Counted from the first letter of the stretch, positions 48,316 to 58,446 are shown. The stretch: DNA of 64,000 nucleotides from an uncultured bacterium (GCA_963727715.1 CAVSGX010000005.1:50672-114671), one strand, 5' to 3'. Made by a program: numbers and translations. The notes: a model not told the origin generated them from the sequence alone.

Positions 48316-51300
48316 ATGAAAAAATTTTTTCTCCTCGTCTGTTTTTTCTTGTTATTTTGCGGTGTCACATTTGCCGACGCATTTCATATCGGCGCGACCG
48401 GAGGGGATTGCAATCAAATCGGAGTTTGGGACGCCACCAGGCAAACCTGCACATTATCCGCACCACTTCGTGGCTTTGTTTATATTGACGACGACGGCAT
48501 CACTTTGGATGGAGCCAATTTCGGGCCGGCCACAACTTCCGACTCATCAGTCAGTTTGGCCAGCGGAGTTTTTGTCACCAGCCACCAGAACGACACAATC
48601 GAAAACCTGACGGTTTCCGGTGGAGGTCATGGTGTCTGGTTGCAATCGGCTCCCAACACGATATTAAACAATGTTACTTCCATAAACAACACCTACGGTT
48701 TTGAAGTGGAAAATTCAGAGAATGTAACCATTGAAAATTCTGTCGTCAAAGATCCAGACCAATATGGATTTTATGCCGATTCCGATATCAAAAATCTGAC
48801 TTTATCGAACGATCATTTTAACGAGGGTCTGCCGAATAACGATTTGTCTTATCGTCAAAATTTTGTCTTGCTTTTTCCGCTCGATCAGAACGATCAGGTC
48901 GAAAATCTGAATATTGACCAGAGTAACACGGTTGATGGCAAAACAATTTATTATTTTGAAAATCAAAACGGGACAGTTTTTGATAATTTGCCGAATGCCG
49001 GCGTTTTTTATTGTGTCAACTGTCAAAATATCACTTTGGCTAGCACAACGTTTGACGGAGCGCACGTTGAAAAAAATATCAATTTTTACAAAACCACAAC
49101 TTCGACCATTGAAAATAACACGATAAAAAATGGCAAAAATTATGGACTTTATTTTTATCGATCAAACGGAAACAGCATCATCAATAATGGTTTTTACAGC
49201 GACGCAAACGATATTGGTTCGATTGTTTCGTCGCAAAATATTTATGAGGGCAACATTTTTCAAGATACCAAATATCCAAATCCAGGTATTGAACTGAGCA
49301 GTCAAAGTGCCGACAATTTGATTACTCACAACAGTTTTCAAAATACCGGGGGCATTGATTTGATTGCCAACTCTTCGGCTGTGATAGTGCAGAATAATTT
49401 TTTTGCCGGCTATAACGGTTGTGACATCTGGGAGTATGGTCCAGTTGGTCCGATTTCTATCGCGCAAGATTTGCCAATCGGCGGAAATTATTATGAATCT
49501 TATCATTTGCCAAACCAAGGCTGTAGCGACGTAAACAGTGATGGACTCTGCGATACGGCCCATGACGCCGCATCCATTTATGGTTCAACCGAAACAATTG
49601 ACGCTTATCCGTGGACTATGCAGAATGGCTGGCAGGATTACAAAAACGCGACAGCGACAGACAACGTGCTTTTCTTGCCCGGCATCGAAGCCAGCCGGCT
49701 GTACCAAACTGGCTCGGATGGTTCGGAGAAGCGCTTGTGGGAACCGCTTAGTGATAAGGACGCTTCCAAAATTGAACTCGGGGAAGACGGCAAACCTCTG
49801 CCTGGCGACAACATTTACACTCGCGATGTAATTGATCAAGCTTACAAAAATAATTTTGGCTCGCTCGGCCCAAACATTTACAAATCTTTTTTGGCAGAGT
49901 TGGCTTCGATGAAATCTAGTAACACCATTGCCGATTATTCGGCTGTGGCCTACGACTGGCGACTCTCGCTTGACGACATTCTAAACAGTGGGACAGTTAG
50001 CGGAACTGGGGACAGCGAAAAAATTTCGTACACAAGCACTGCCAGTGGAGAACCTTACGTAATATCCGAATTGCGCCGACTGTCTTCCACATCCAAGTCC
50101 GGCAAGGTGACAATCGTGGCTCACTCAAACGGCGGGCTTTTGGCCAAGGCCTTGATGGCTCGTCTTTCAACAAGCGACCCGACTCTTCTTTCCAAAATTG
50201 ACAAAGTTATTTTTGTGGCTGTGCCACAAATCGGCACACCGGAAGCTTTGGCCGGACTTTTGCACGGCAGTGAACAGGCCGTTCCATACGACTGGTTGCC
50301 ACTTTTGCTTTCTCAACACGAAGCTCGGGAGTTTGCTCACAATTCCGAGATGGCTTACAATCTTTTACCTTCAGCCGATTATTTTACCTATGTTGACACA
50401 CCGCTTGTCACATTTGATACGAATCTGCCGACCTGGCGGACAAAATACGGAGCGAGCGACGGGACTTATCAAGGAATGATCCACTCGGAAGAACTTTTGC
50501 AAAATTTTCTGGAAGATACTTATGGACGGGTAGATTACAAAAGTCACAATGTGGAAACACCGGATTCGCTGTCATCGTCGCTTTTGACCGATGCCGAAAA
50601 TATGCACTCTCTTTTGGACAACTGGACCGCACCGACCACCACCCAAGTTTTCGAAATCGCCGGATGGGGCGTGCCGAGCACTATGAGTGGCATCACATAC
50701 AGAGGCGAAGAAACGGAATGTGCCGATGTCATCTGCGCCTTTTTGCCGGACGCTTTTCACATTTCACCCGACCCGACATGGACGATAGATGGCGACGGAG
50801 TGGTCGTTACTCCCAGCGCTTTGTGGATGGGCGGGAACGGGGTGAAAAGGTACTGGGTGAATTTAAAAAAATATAACAACGCACATAAATACGAAACTGC
50901 TTTAGGTCTCTTTCCTTTTGATCATAAAGATATTCTTGAAGTTGGAGAATTGGACACATTTATACAAAACATAATCACAGACCAATCTCTGGCCACACTT
51001 CCTCAATATATTTCCGACAGCCAGCCGATTGCCGGCCCGGATGACAGGCGTTTAATATTTGCTTTGCGTTCCGGTTCGCTTAATGTATATGATCAAGATA
51101 ACAATCATACAGGTATTTCCACCACGACGGGCCAAATGGAAGAAAATGTTCCCGGCACAAGCGTCGTTTCTTTGGCCGGCCGAACATATATTTTCAGCGA
51201 CAGCGCTTCAAGCACAGTTCGCGTTATTGTCTCGCCAAACCAAAATTCAAATCAAAATGGAGACACAACGAATAGTGGTGGTCAGTCGTCAAACAGCTCC

Positions 51301-52068
51301 GGAGATTCAACAAACCCGATAATATTCAACATCCAACAATTTTCCGGCGACACTCTTTTGGCCAGCACCACATTTGAAATAATCGGCACAGCCAGCACCA
51401 CGGCTGAAATTGTGGAAAATGGCAATGATATTTCCTCAAGTTCGCCCTTGATTGTTGATTTAAATGGTGATGGTCAAACGGACTTAACTCTTGCCCCAAA
51501 AATAAACGATACGGTTGTGTTTGTGACAAACGTTTCCACTTCCAGCGAGGCCACCACTACGGATACGACAGCGCAAGCCACCACAACGGAGGATGAAAAT
51601 ACAAACGAAACCACTACGACCGATACAGGCGGGGGAAGCAATACGCCGGCCACAACAACGGAAAACGGAGCAACAAACACAATTTCGCAAAATCAGAGCG
51701 ATGTTGGTTCGGGGATACCTAGCAACGGTCCGATTATTGTTACAACTGTTTCGAGTTTGAGTAATAATCCAAATATTGGCCAACAAAATTTATCCTCAAC
51801 CACCCCGTTTCAATCCTCGCAGACAAATATTCAGATTCCTGTTAATCCACCCGTCCAATCAACATCAACCTCCGCATTACAGACCAACCACCCCGTTTTA
51901 TTTTCAACCTCCACAGTATCCGCCAAAACAAATAATTCAAAGACACTTTTGGCCCAAGTTTCGGCAAGTGGATTTTCACTTTTTCAACTTGGTTGGACGG
52001 AAAAACTAATTTTTGGCGCTTTCGTTTTGCTTTTATTATTTGTTATACTCTATGTATATTTGAATTAA
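48316..52068 (+). CDS. Giant secreted, cell-surface protein. Order of domains: signal peptide, right-handed beta-helix repeats, lipase-like alpha/beta-hydrolase (AHSNGG), Thr/Asn-rich stalk, C-terminal TM anchor.
   Basis: N-terminal signal MKKFFLLVCFFLLFCGVTFADA. Repeated NxT...N beta-helix rungs. GHSxG-like AHSNGG motif. TTT-rich low-complexity region. C-terminal hydrophobic helix. Confidence 0.6.
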   Translation: MKKFFLLVCFFLLFCGVTFADAFHIGATGGDCNQIGVWDATRQTCTLSAPLRGFVYIDDDGITLDGANFGPATTSDSSVSLASGVFVTSHQNDTIENLTVSGGGHGVWLQSAPNTILNNVTSINNTYGFEVENSENVTIENSVVKDPDQYGFYADSDIKNLTLSNDHFNEGLPNNDLSYRQNFVLLFPLDQNDQVENLNIDQSNTVDGKTIYYFENQNGTVFDNLPNAGVFYCVNCQNITLASTTFDGAHVEKNINFYKTTTSTIENNTIKNGKNYGLYFYRSNGNSIINNGFYSDANDIGSIVSSQNIYEGNIFQDTKYPNPGIELSSQSADNLITHNSFQNTGGIDLIANSSAVIVQNNFFAGYNGCDIWEYGPVGPISIAQDLPIGGNYYESYHLPNQGCSDVNSDGLCDTAHDAASIYGSTETIDAYPWTMQNGWQDYKNATATDNVLFLPGIEASRLYQTGSDGSEKRLWEPLSDKDASKIELGEDGKPLPGDNIYTRDVIDQAYKNNFGSLGPNIYKSFLAELASMKSSNTIADYSAVAYDWRLSLDDILNSGTVSGTGDSEKISYTSTASGEPYVISELRRLSSTSKSGKVTIVAHSNGGLLAKALMARLSTSDPTLLSKIDKVIFVAVPQIGTPEALAGLLHGSEQAVPYDWLPLLLSQHEAREFAHNSEMAYNLLPSADYFTYVDTPLVTFDTNLPTWRTKYGASDGTYQGMIHSEELLQNFLEDTYGRVDYKSHNVETPDSLSSSLLTDAENMHSLLDNWTAPTTTQVFEIAGWGVPSTMSGITYRGEETECADVICAFLPDAFHISPDPTWTIDGDGVVVTPSALWMGGNGVKRYWVNLKKYNNAHKYETALGLFPFDHKDILEVGELDTFIQNIITDQSLATLPQYISDSQPIAGPDDRRLIFALRSGSLNVYDQDNNHTGISTTTGQMEENVPGTSVVSLAGRTYIFSDSASSTVRVIVSPNQNSNQNGDTTNSGGQSSNSSGDSTNPIIFNIQQFSGDTLLASTTFEIIGTASTTAEIVENGNDISSSSPLIVDLNGDGQTDLTLAPKINDTVVFVTNVSTSSEATTTDTTAQATTTEDENTNETTTTDTGGGSNTPATTTENGATNTISQNQSDVGSGIPSNGPIIVTTVSSLSNNPNIGQQNLSSTTPFQSSQTNIQIPVNPPVQSTSTSALQTNHPVLFSTSTVSAKTNNSKTLLAQVSASGFSLFQLGWTEKLIFGAFVLLLLFVILYVYLN

Positions 52069-52072
52069 TTTT

Positions 52073-52537
52073 ATGATTTCAAAAAGAATTGTATTTTGGA
52101 TCTCGTTGTTTATCAGTACATATCTAGTAGTTGCACTTATAATGGGTCCCAGTAATTATTGTTATTATAATAGTTTATGTGACAAATTATTTAATTCAAT
52201 CAATCTTATTGGTCCAGACATAGCCCTTTTCCCCGTAATTTTCTTTTTCTCACTTGTCACATACAAAATGCGCGATGAAGTTTTTAAATTTTGGCTGAAA
52301 TTTTGCTATTTTTACATCCCGATTTTTGTTCTGATCATATTTACTTTTACATTGCCCGGGTCAAACGGTGGTGGTTGGGCCATCCCTGGCGGTTTTTTCA
52401 CCGCTCTGATTTTTTTCTTTTTGCTTTTTCTTTTCTTTCTCATCTCCCTTATTCTTGTCATCGTCAAATACATTTTTCTCCACCACAAACAAACCCAAAT
52501 CCCGTCCCAAAATTTTCCGTCAAATTTTCAAAAATAA
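52073..52537 (+). CDS. Hypothetical polytopic membrane protein
   Basis: Four TM segments. Confidence 0.3.
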   Translation: MISKRIVFWISLFISTYLVVALIMGPSNYCYYNSLCDKLFNSINLIGPDIALFPVIFFFSLVTYKMRDEVFKFWLKFCYFYIPIFVLIIFTFTLPGSNGGGWAIPGGFFTALIFFFLLFLFFLISLILVIVKYIFLHHKQTQIPSQNFPSNFQK

Positions 52538-52538
52538 T

Positions 52539-52934
52539 ATGAAAACATACCAATCATACGCCGAGTTGAAGAAGCCCGGTTGGTCGCCACCGGCCTGGCT
52601 TTTTGGTCCGGTTTGGACATTTTTATACTTTCTCATCGCCGTCTCTTTCGGCGCGGTGTTTTATAAACTTTTCACGGGACAAGTCGCTGGGCTGGTCGCT
52701 TTGCCTTTCGCCCTGAACCTCGTTTTCAATTTTTCATTCACATATTTTCAGTTCAAGCTAAAAAATAATTATCTGGCCGGCGCGGATGTTTTACTGGTAC
52801 TCATCACACTCGTCTGGGCCACGCTTGCCATTTTTCCGCTCTCGCATTGGATCGCTTACATGCAGATCCCGTACATTCTCTGGGTCACATTTGCCACTGT
52901 TCTACAGCTGACCATCACTTGGCTAAACAGATAA
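52539..52934 (+). CDS. tspO: TspO/MBR-family tryptophan-rich sensory protein
   Basis: KPGWSPPAWLFGPVWTFLYFLIA matches the TspO N-terminal signature. Confidence 0.6.
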   Translation: MKTYQSYAELKKPGWSPPAWLFGPVWTFLYFLIAVSFGAVFYKLFTGQVAGLVALPFALNLVFNFSFTYFQFKLKNNYLAGADVLLVLITLVWATLAIFPLSHWIAYMQIPYILWVTFATVLQLTITWLNR

Positions 52935-52985
52935 CGGACGGTTGAAAGAATCTCTGCCGGTGGTATAGTATCCACGGAGGCACAT

Positions 52986-53297
52986 ATGGACGAGCGTCTA
53001 CAGTCTCTTATGCAGGAGCTTGGCAATGCCATCAACGAGTCCTTGTCGGATTCGGAGAAGATTGCTGGGGCGATTGGAGAAATTAGAAAAGCCGGTTACG
53101 ATATTTTCATCGTCATTGAAGTCACCATTGGTTTTAGAAAGAAAGAGGACTCCGATGAAGAAGAGGAAATTAATCCAGAGACCAGGGAAATCATAACAGA
53201 ACGTGGTGAGGAAGAGACTGTCAGTTTGAAATTCACTACGCAAGATCAAAAATTTCTCAGATGTCTCAAAATTAGTACCGAAGATGAAGACATTTAA
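52986..53297 (+). CDS. Hypothetical acidic protein
   Basis: ORF followed by a terminator-like hairpin and T-run at 53311-53345. Confidence 0.3.
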   Translation: MDERLQSLMQELGNAINESLSDSEKIAGAIGEIRKAGYDIFIVIEVTIGFRKKEDSDEEEEINPETREIITERGEEETVSLKFTTQDQKFLRCLKISTEDEDI

Positions 53298-53360
53298 TTC
53301 ATATCACCATCGTGCACGCTCGGGCTAACCCCCGGGCGGTTTTTTTGTATCGGTATATTT

Positions 53361-53777
53361 TTGGTATATAATAAAGACATGGAAAATAATCAAAAAGATC
53401 TTTGGTTCAGGAGAAAGTATTATGGCTGGGGGTGGACACCGGTAAAGTGGCAGGGTTGGGTGCTTACTCTGGCTCTCGTTGTGTTTATTCTTTGGGACGG
53501 GCTATGTCTGAAATCTTTTGTCGGACTCGATGGCAGTCTGTCGGGAGATGTGATGTTCTGGTATTTTGTAAGGCTAGCTGTGGTTGTCGCCGTGTTTCTT
53601 TTCATCTGCTATAAAAAGGGGGAGAAGCCGAAATGGCAGTGGGGTCTGCCAAGCAATGTAAACAACAGAACTCTGCAGATTGTGCTTTTGGTGATGATAA
53701 TCGTCGGGCTGTTGCTTTTGGCCACGCAAAAGCTTTGGGTGGGGAGTGTGGTGGATTTCATTTTGAAAAATTATTAA
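53361..53777 (+). CDS. Hypothetical membrane protein
   Basis: TM helices. Confidence 0.3.
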   Translation: MVYNKDMENNQKDLWFRRKYYGWGWTPVKWQGWVLTLALVVFILWDGLCLKSFVGLDGSLSGDVMFWYFVRLAVVVAVFLFICYKKGEKPKWQWGLPSNVNNRTLQIVLLVMIIVGLLLLATQKLWVGSVVDFILKNY

Positions 53778-53813
53778 AACTTCACTTTTATCACTGACGA
53801 AAAAACAAATTCA

Positions 53814-54239
53814 GTGGTTTGGAAGAATACCCGGGCACGTTTAGGAAACGAGAGAAACCTTTTGACTTATTTTTTAACGGGTGGTAGAGTGTCGGCGGGG
53901 GTAGACATGTACAATCTTTCAAGTGAAGAGGTTGTCATTAGTGGCGCAGTTCACAGAGCTTTAAATGACATTGTTATGGGGATGACTAATCAGCACATCT
54001 CTGAGTGGCGTGGTAATTATAAGATTTTTGTTGGTCTTGACGGGCAAATAAAAGCTGAACCGGAAGAAAGAAAATCAGATCCGGTTGGTTTTCAAAGTGG
54101 CTTTAGGGAGAAGTTGGTTTTCTTACCAACCCCAGAATGGGTTTACAACACTCCGCAAAAGATTTACATCTGTTTTTCTTACCAATTGCCCGATCTTATG
54201 TTAAAGTGGTGGGAAAAATACGCCAATTTGCTCGGCTAA
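53814..54239 (+). CDS. Hypothetical protein
   Basis: ORF only. Confidence 0.25.
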   Translation: MVWKNTRARLGNERNLLTYFLTGGRVSAGVDMYNLSSEEVVISGAVHRALNDIVMGMTNQHISEWRGNYKIFVGLDGQIKAEPEERKSDPVGFQSGFREKLVFLPTPEWVYNTPQKIYICFSYQLPDLMLKWWEKYANLLG

Positions 54240-54340
54240 GTGCATTTTCAAGCGGTTTGGGAGATCCCACCGCTTTTTGTTTTTTAAAAAGGTAAATTAT
54301 GTTAAAATTTATCACAAGACAATATTAATCACTAAAAATT

Positions 54341-54667
54341 ATGGAAGATCCAATCAAAATAAATATGGGAGGAAGTGAAGGACAAGATAAACTTTCTGAA
54401 AAGTACAGACAGCAGGAAATCGCCGACAGGAAAAAAGAATTGAACGAAGTTATGCGGATTATTGGAGATTTTTTAGCGCACCCGCCATTTGAAGGTTTTG
54501 AAACTATACACAGGATGACACTGGGCGATCTTAGAGTAAATCCGAACATAACCGACGAGAAAGTGAGATGGGCGGTCGGAGTTCTTTTTGATTATGGATT
54601 TATAACAGACACGAATGTTTTTGAATTACCCAATAAAATAAGAAGCTACATTACCGGTTTGAAATAA
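54341..54667 (+). CDS. Hypothetical protein
   Basis: ORF only. Confidence 0.3.
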   Translation: MEDPIKINMGGSEGQDKLSEKYRQQEIADRKKELNEVMRIIGDFLAHPPFEGFETIHRMTLGDLRVNPNITDEKVRWAVGVLFDYGFITDTNVFELPNKIRSYITGLK

Positions 54668-54720
54668 TTCAAGCAAAAAATATTTTTGATGCAGTCACAG
54701 TTTTTTGCTATCATTAAGAT

Positions 54721-55710
54721 ATGGCTGAAGAAAAAAAATTCGGTGGCGGTGGTAAACCAAGTGGCGACAAGAAAGCGCCGGCTCCAAAAAAAGATCCATT
54801 TGTAGAAATCGTCGAGTTGCTTTTGGCGGTCGTGATTATTATCTACCTCCTGAATGGTTTTATCAGCTTGTTTTCTTCCAACACTTTCATTTCATCGGCC
54901 TGGGATTCCATTTTCCCCAGTGAAAACGCAACCGGCCCAAGACCACTTTCCGAGAAAGGCATTTTGCTCTCGCACACAAAGCCGGTCTCTTCGCTAAATA
55001 ATCCGATTGGAGCCAGCGTCGTTTCTCTCGGCACAACGGCGGTTTACAATTCACCTGGCGGTAGGCAAATCGGCAGTCAATCTCTAGGCGCTCACGGCAA
55101 AATCACTCAAGGTCCGGTGGAAGTGAACGGCCAGAAATATTATTTTGTTCAATTTGATTCCGGTAAAAGCGGTTGGGTCAGGGGAGATGACATCGGTGCT
55201 ATGGTCAGCCAGCCGTCGCCAGCCGAAAGTTTTCTGCTTTGGTTTTATTCTTCCGACTCGCTTTTTATGGCTCTGTCCATTTTGCTTTCGCTCGCTCTCA
55301 TTGCTTGGGTTGTTTATCTTTTTATGGAATTGAAAAGGCTTCGCCAGAACGAACACGATCTTTTGTACCCGAAAGTGGAGACGGAAGTTTTAAACATCAA
55401 TCCGAAATGGAAAAGAGTCCTTTCTCACCTTGATTCGCCAAACGAAAACGACTGGAAGCTGGCCATAATAGAGTGCGACATAATGCTAAACGAAATTCTG
55501 GACAAAATGAATTTGCCCGGTCAGACCATGGGAGACAAGATGAAAGTGGTGGATAAAAGCAATTTCAATACCATTGACAACGCTTGGGAGGCGCACAAAG
55601 CTCGCAATCAAGTGGCTCACGAAGGAGGGGATTATGTTCTAACGGCACACGAAGCTCGCCGAGTAGTCGGACTCTACCAAACTGTTTTCGAAGAGTTCAA
55701 AATTTTGTGA
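54721..55710 (+). CDS. Membrane-anchored protein with an SH3b-like domain
   Basis: N-terminal TM helix. GQKYYFVQFDSGKSGWVRGDDI is SH3b-like. A second TM segment follows. Confidence 0.35.
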   Translation: MAEEKKFGGGGKPSGDKKAPAPKKDPFVEIVELLLAVVIIIYLLNGFISLFSSNTFISSAWDSIFPSENATGPRPLSEKGILLSHTKPVSSLNNPIGASVVSLGTTAVYNSPGGRQIGSQSLGAHGKITQGPVEVNGQKYYFVQFDSGKSGWVRGDDIGAMVSQPSPAESFLLWFYSSDSLFMALSILLSLALIAWVVYLFMELKRLRQNEHDLLYPKVETEVLNINPKWKRVLSHLDSPNENDWKLAIIECDIMLNEILDKMNLPGQTMGDKMKVVDKSNFNTIDNAWEAHKARNQVAHEGGDYVLTAHEARRVVGLYQTVFEEFKIL

Positions 55711-55721
55711 TTCCAATTACA

Positions 55722-55752
55722 AAACAAAACATCGGCGTTACCGATGTTTTGT
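55722..55752 (+). terminator. Rho-independent terminator (caaaacatcggcgttaccgatgttttg followed by a T-run)
   Basis: Perfect 11-bp stem. Confidence 0.6.
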
Positions 55753-55762
55753 TTTACTTGTT

Positions 55763-56071
55763 GCGGGGCCTAGACTTGCACTAGGGTTTCAAGGTTATGC
55801 TTTACCGCTACGGTTTTCACCGCTTGTCATCTTATTATGACGGAAAATTTGTGGTCTGGACTATACCATCTCCTTTTTTCAAAATAATTTGAAAGTCAGG
55901 AGTTCACCATCTAGTCTCTACACTTTTATCGCGAATAAACCGCGAATTTAGCTCGGGATTGTCCTCCATTTGGATGGATAGGATTTCCCCGAATTTGGCG
56001 AATGCGCATCTTGTTGTTTCCAACAAGAGGGCCCAACTTGAGCCTTACGAGTTACTGCTACTCCACCCCGC
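55763..56071 (-). ncRNA. rnpB: Candidate RNase P RNA (bacterial type A-like, about 310 nt)
   Basis: On the minus strand: a terminal P1 pairing gcgggg/ccccgc. GGAGGACAAUCCCGAGC resembles GAGGAAAGUCCGGGC (CR-I). GGUGAAAACCGUAGCGGUAAAG resembles GGUGAAANGGUGCGGUAAGAG (CR-II/III). GAAACCCUAG resembles GAACCCGGC (CR-V). Confidence 0.4.
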
Positions 56072-56166
56072 TATGTCGCATAGTATACAAGAGATTGATT
56101 TTATATGCAAGATTTTGTTTTGCACAGATTTTGTTTTTGTACTGAGTTTGTATTATAATATACCTT

Positions 56167-56850
56167 ATGCACAGTCCAAATATAAAATACAAAGCGAAAA
56201 AGATGCGTGAAAATGGTACAAGTATCGGTGATATCTCAATAGGGCTCGGTGTCAACAAATCAACCGTCAGTTACTGGTGTAAAAACATAGAACTGAAAGA
56301 ATCCGCCATACAAAAAATCAAAACAAAAGGCAGAGAAAAATCCATACGAGGACTTTTGCGTTATTCAGAATTGAAAAGGAAAGAAAGGATTGATAGGAAT
56401 TACAAACAAAAACAGGATGGAGCCGATTTTGTCGGTAATATTTCAAAGAGAGATGTTTTAATGACTGGGCTAGGACTTTATTGGGGGGAAGGATACAAGG
56501 AAGGAGAGCTAGGTTTTACTAACAGCAATCCCAAAATCATACAATTTTATTTAACGTGGCTTCAAATATTTAACATCTCCAAATCCGATCTCATATTTCG
56601 TTTGACTATAAACCAAATTTTTAAACCGCAGGAAAAACAAATCAAGAGGTTTTGGCTAGATCTTTTAGATGTCAAAGACGATCAATTTTCCAAAATTACA
56701 AGAATAAAAACTAAACTAAAGAAAGCTTTTTTGAAAGACAGTCAGACATACAGGGGTATTTTAAGAGTCAAGGTGAGAAGGGGGATGTCACTGAAAAATA
56801 AAATTCTTGGGGCTATAGACCACATTTCAGATAGGGCAAATATTGTTTAA
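56167..56850 (+). CDS. LAGLIDADG-like homing endonuclease-family protein with an N-terminal HTH
   Basis: GLGLYWGEGYKEGELGF resembles the LAGLIDADG/LAGxxDGDG motif. HTH SIGLGVNKSTVSYWCKN. Confidence 0.35.
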   Translation: MHSPNIKYKAKKMRENGTSIGDISIGLGVNKSTVSYWCKNIELKESAIQKIKTKGREKSIRGLLRYSELKRKERIDRNYKQKQDGADFVGNISKRDVLMTGLGLYWGEGYKEGELGFTNSNPKIIQFYLTWLQIFNISKSDLIFRLTINQIFKPQEKQIKRFWLDLLDVKDDQFSKITRIKTKLKKAFLKDSQTYRGILRVKVRRGMSLKNKILGAIDHISDRANIV

Positions 56851-56880
56851 TTTTTATTTTTGTATTATATTACTCACATT

Positions 56881-56954
56881 GTCGGCATAGCTCAGGCAGT
56901 TAGAGCGGGCGTTTCATAAGCGCCAGGTCCCAAGTGCAACTCTTGGTGCCGACA
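56881..56954 (+). tRNA. tRNA with CAT anticodon (Met or Ile2), atypical T-loop
   Basis: Acceptor gtcggca/tgccgac, D-arm gctcaggcagttagagc, anticodon loop ttCATaa. Confidence 0.6.
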
Positions 56955-57008
56955 CAGAATTTTGCGAATGAATGAAAAGTTTGGTATATTTGGTCTGTCA
57001 ATAAAAAT

Positions 57009-57083
57009 GCGGTCGTAGCTTAGTTGGTTCAAAGCGCCACCCTGTCACGGTGGAGATCGCCGGTTCAAGTCCGGTCGGCCGCG
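57009..57083 (+). tRNA. tRNA-Asp (GTC)
   Basis: Acceptor gcggtcg/cggccgc, anticodon loop ctGTCac, T-arm gccggttcaagtccggt. Confidence 0.8.
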
Positions 57084-57228
57084 CTGATGAAAAAATATCC
57101 CTATAATTAGGGATATTTTTTATGCGACTGATTGGACGGTAGAACCAAAAATAAAAGTATGCTTGACAAAAATATCAAAAGATGATAAGCTTATTATGGC
57201 AGTTCATTTCAGATAAGGAGAACGAAAA

Positions 57229-57903
57229 ATGGGACAAATCACAGCTGACCAATCCCAACAGATTATGGCGCTTCTTTCCACGAATGTGGACTGGAGCAAA
57301 ATCGACTTCGAAGCGCTGGACTTGCAAAACTCGGTTGTGCTCAAAGCCACCGAGGCTGGTCAACAGTTCGAAGCCTTCCTGAAAAATCGTTGCCGACTAA
57401 TCGTCGGCGAGCCGAAAGTCATCACCATAGACCGCACCGCACCATTCAACCCCGCCGAGTTCATCGGTGCCGGTTGGAAATTCTGGCTCGGTCCGGCGGA
57501 CGGCGATGGTCTCTCCGGAGAGCTTGAGCAAGACAGCCGCTCTCTCGCTCTGACCGAGGTGGACGTAACCAAGATTTTCTTGGAAGTTCATCTCAAAAAG
57601 AGCGAGACCAGTACGACCGGCGAAGAACGCCTCAAGCGTCTCATCGCAACCAACCGCGTTCGTCTCGATCTAGGAGTTTTCAAAACACTCTGGGACAACA
57701 AGGCGCTCATACCGGCCAGCTGGAAGGAGAAGACGGGTGGCAACACCACCTACATATTCTTCGATGGTCAGATTCTTCGCAGTCCGGACGGCCGGCGGTA
57801 CACGCTGTACCTCTACTGGGACGGCGGCGAGTGGCGCTGGCTTGTGTACTGGCTCGACATCAGCCGGCACGCCAACGATCCGTCCGCGGTTCTCGCAAGT
57901 TAG
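57229..57903 (+). CDS. DGR target protein (C-type lectin-fold-like variable protein). The gene is about 57% GC in a roughly 38% GC genome.
   Basis: The C-terminal 41 codons form the VR, and the gene ends four codons after the VR. Confidence 0.8.
   Translation: MGQITADQSQQIMALLSTNVDWSKIDFEALDLQNSVVLKATEAGQQFEAFLKNRCRLIVGEPKVITIDRTAPFNPAEFIGAGWKFWLGPADGDGLSGELEQDSRSLALTEVDVTKIFLEVHLKKSETSTTGEERLKRLIATNRVRLDLGVFKTLWDNKALIPASWKEKTGGNTTYIFFDGQILRSPDGRRYTLYLYWDGGEWRWLVYWLDISRHANDPSAVLAS
57775..57897 (+). repeat. DGR variable repeat (VR), 123 bp
   Basis: Matches the TR at 58317-58439 except at 15 positions. Every one is an A in the TR and a non-A in the VR. Confidence 0.85.
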
Positions 57904-57912
57904 TTCTTGGGA

Positions 57913-57950
57913 CTGAGGTCACTTGGTTCTCTTTGAACCTTTGACCTCAG
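57913..57950 (+). promoter_or_regulatory. Hairpin (ctgaggtca ... tgacctcag) 16 nt downstream of the VR; candidate DGR homing hairpin/cruciform next to the IMH
   Basis: 9-bp perfect stem right after the GC-rich VR 3' end. Confidence 0.45.
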
Positions 57951-58316
57951 ACCTTTGATTCGCATTTTGAATCTCAACTGTGTGGGGCAGTAACCCATAG
58001 CTCTGCATTGTCACTTCGGTGGCGGCGCAGGGCTTTTTCTTTTGTATTAATTTTGATAAACTAAAAACGGTAGTAGGTGAATATGCGGACGACTAAGGTT
58101 TTCCGCTACCGAATCCAGTATCCATACATCCAGAATATCCGCGACTAAGGTTTTGGATAGCGCGGTGTATGCAGAAACTTCAAAAAATGAAGATACTTGG
58201 TCTGGAGCGCTAACGCATTAACCAAAGTAGGTTATTCTACTGAATGAGATGCGGAATACGGTTCAACCCCGAGATATTTCAAAGGGTGGTGGCCTTGGAT
58301 GGCGCTCCATACATAA

Positions 58317-58439
58317 CTTCGCAGTCCGAACGGCAAGCGGTACACGCTGTACCTCTACTGGAACGACGGCAAGTGGAACTGGAATGTGAACTGGCTCGAC
58401 AACAACCGGAACGCCAACAATCCGTCCGCGGTTCTCGCA
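58317..58439 (+). repeat. DGR template repeat (TR), rich in AAC/AAT codons
   Basis: See the VR entry. Encodes NGKRYTLYLYWNDGKWNWNVNWLDNNRNANNPSAV in the VR frame. Confidence 0.85.
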
Positions 58440-58446
58440 GCTCTCT

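Noticed and set aside
55761-56075. tmRNA (ssrA) reading of the plus strand (GGGGCC start, pseudoknot-like caaggttatgc)
   Set aside because: No tRNA-like T-arm (GGUUCGAAUCC), no plausible tag peptide ORF ending in a hydrophobic tail, and no CCA-adjacent acceptor pairing. RNase P motifs on the minus strand are stronger.
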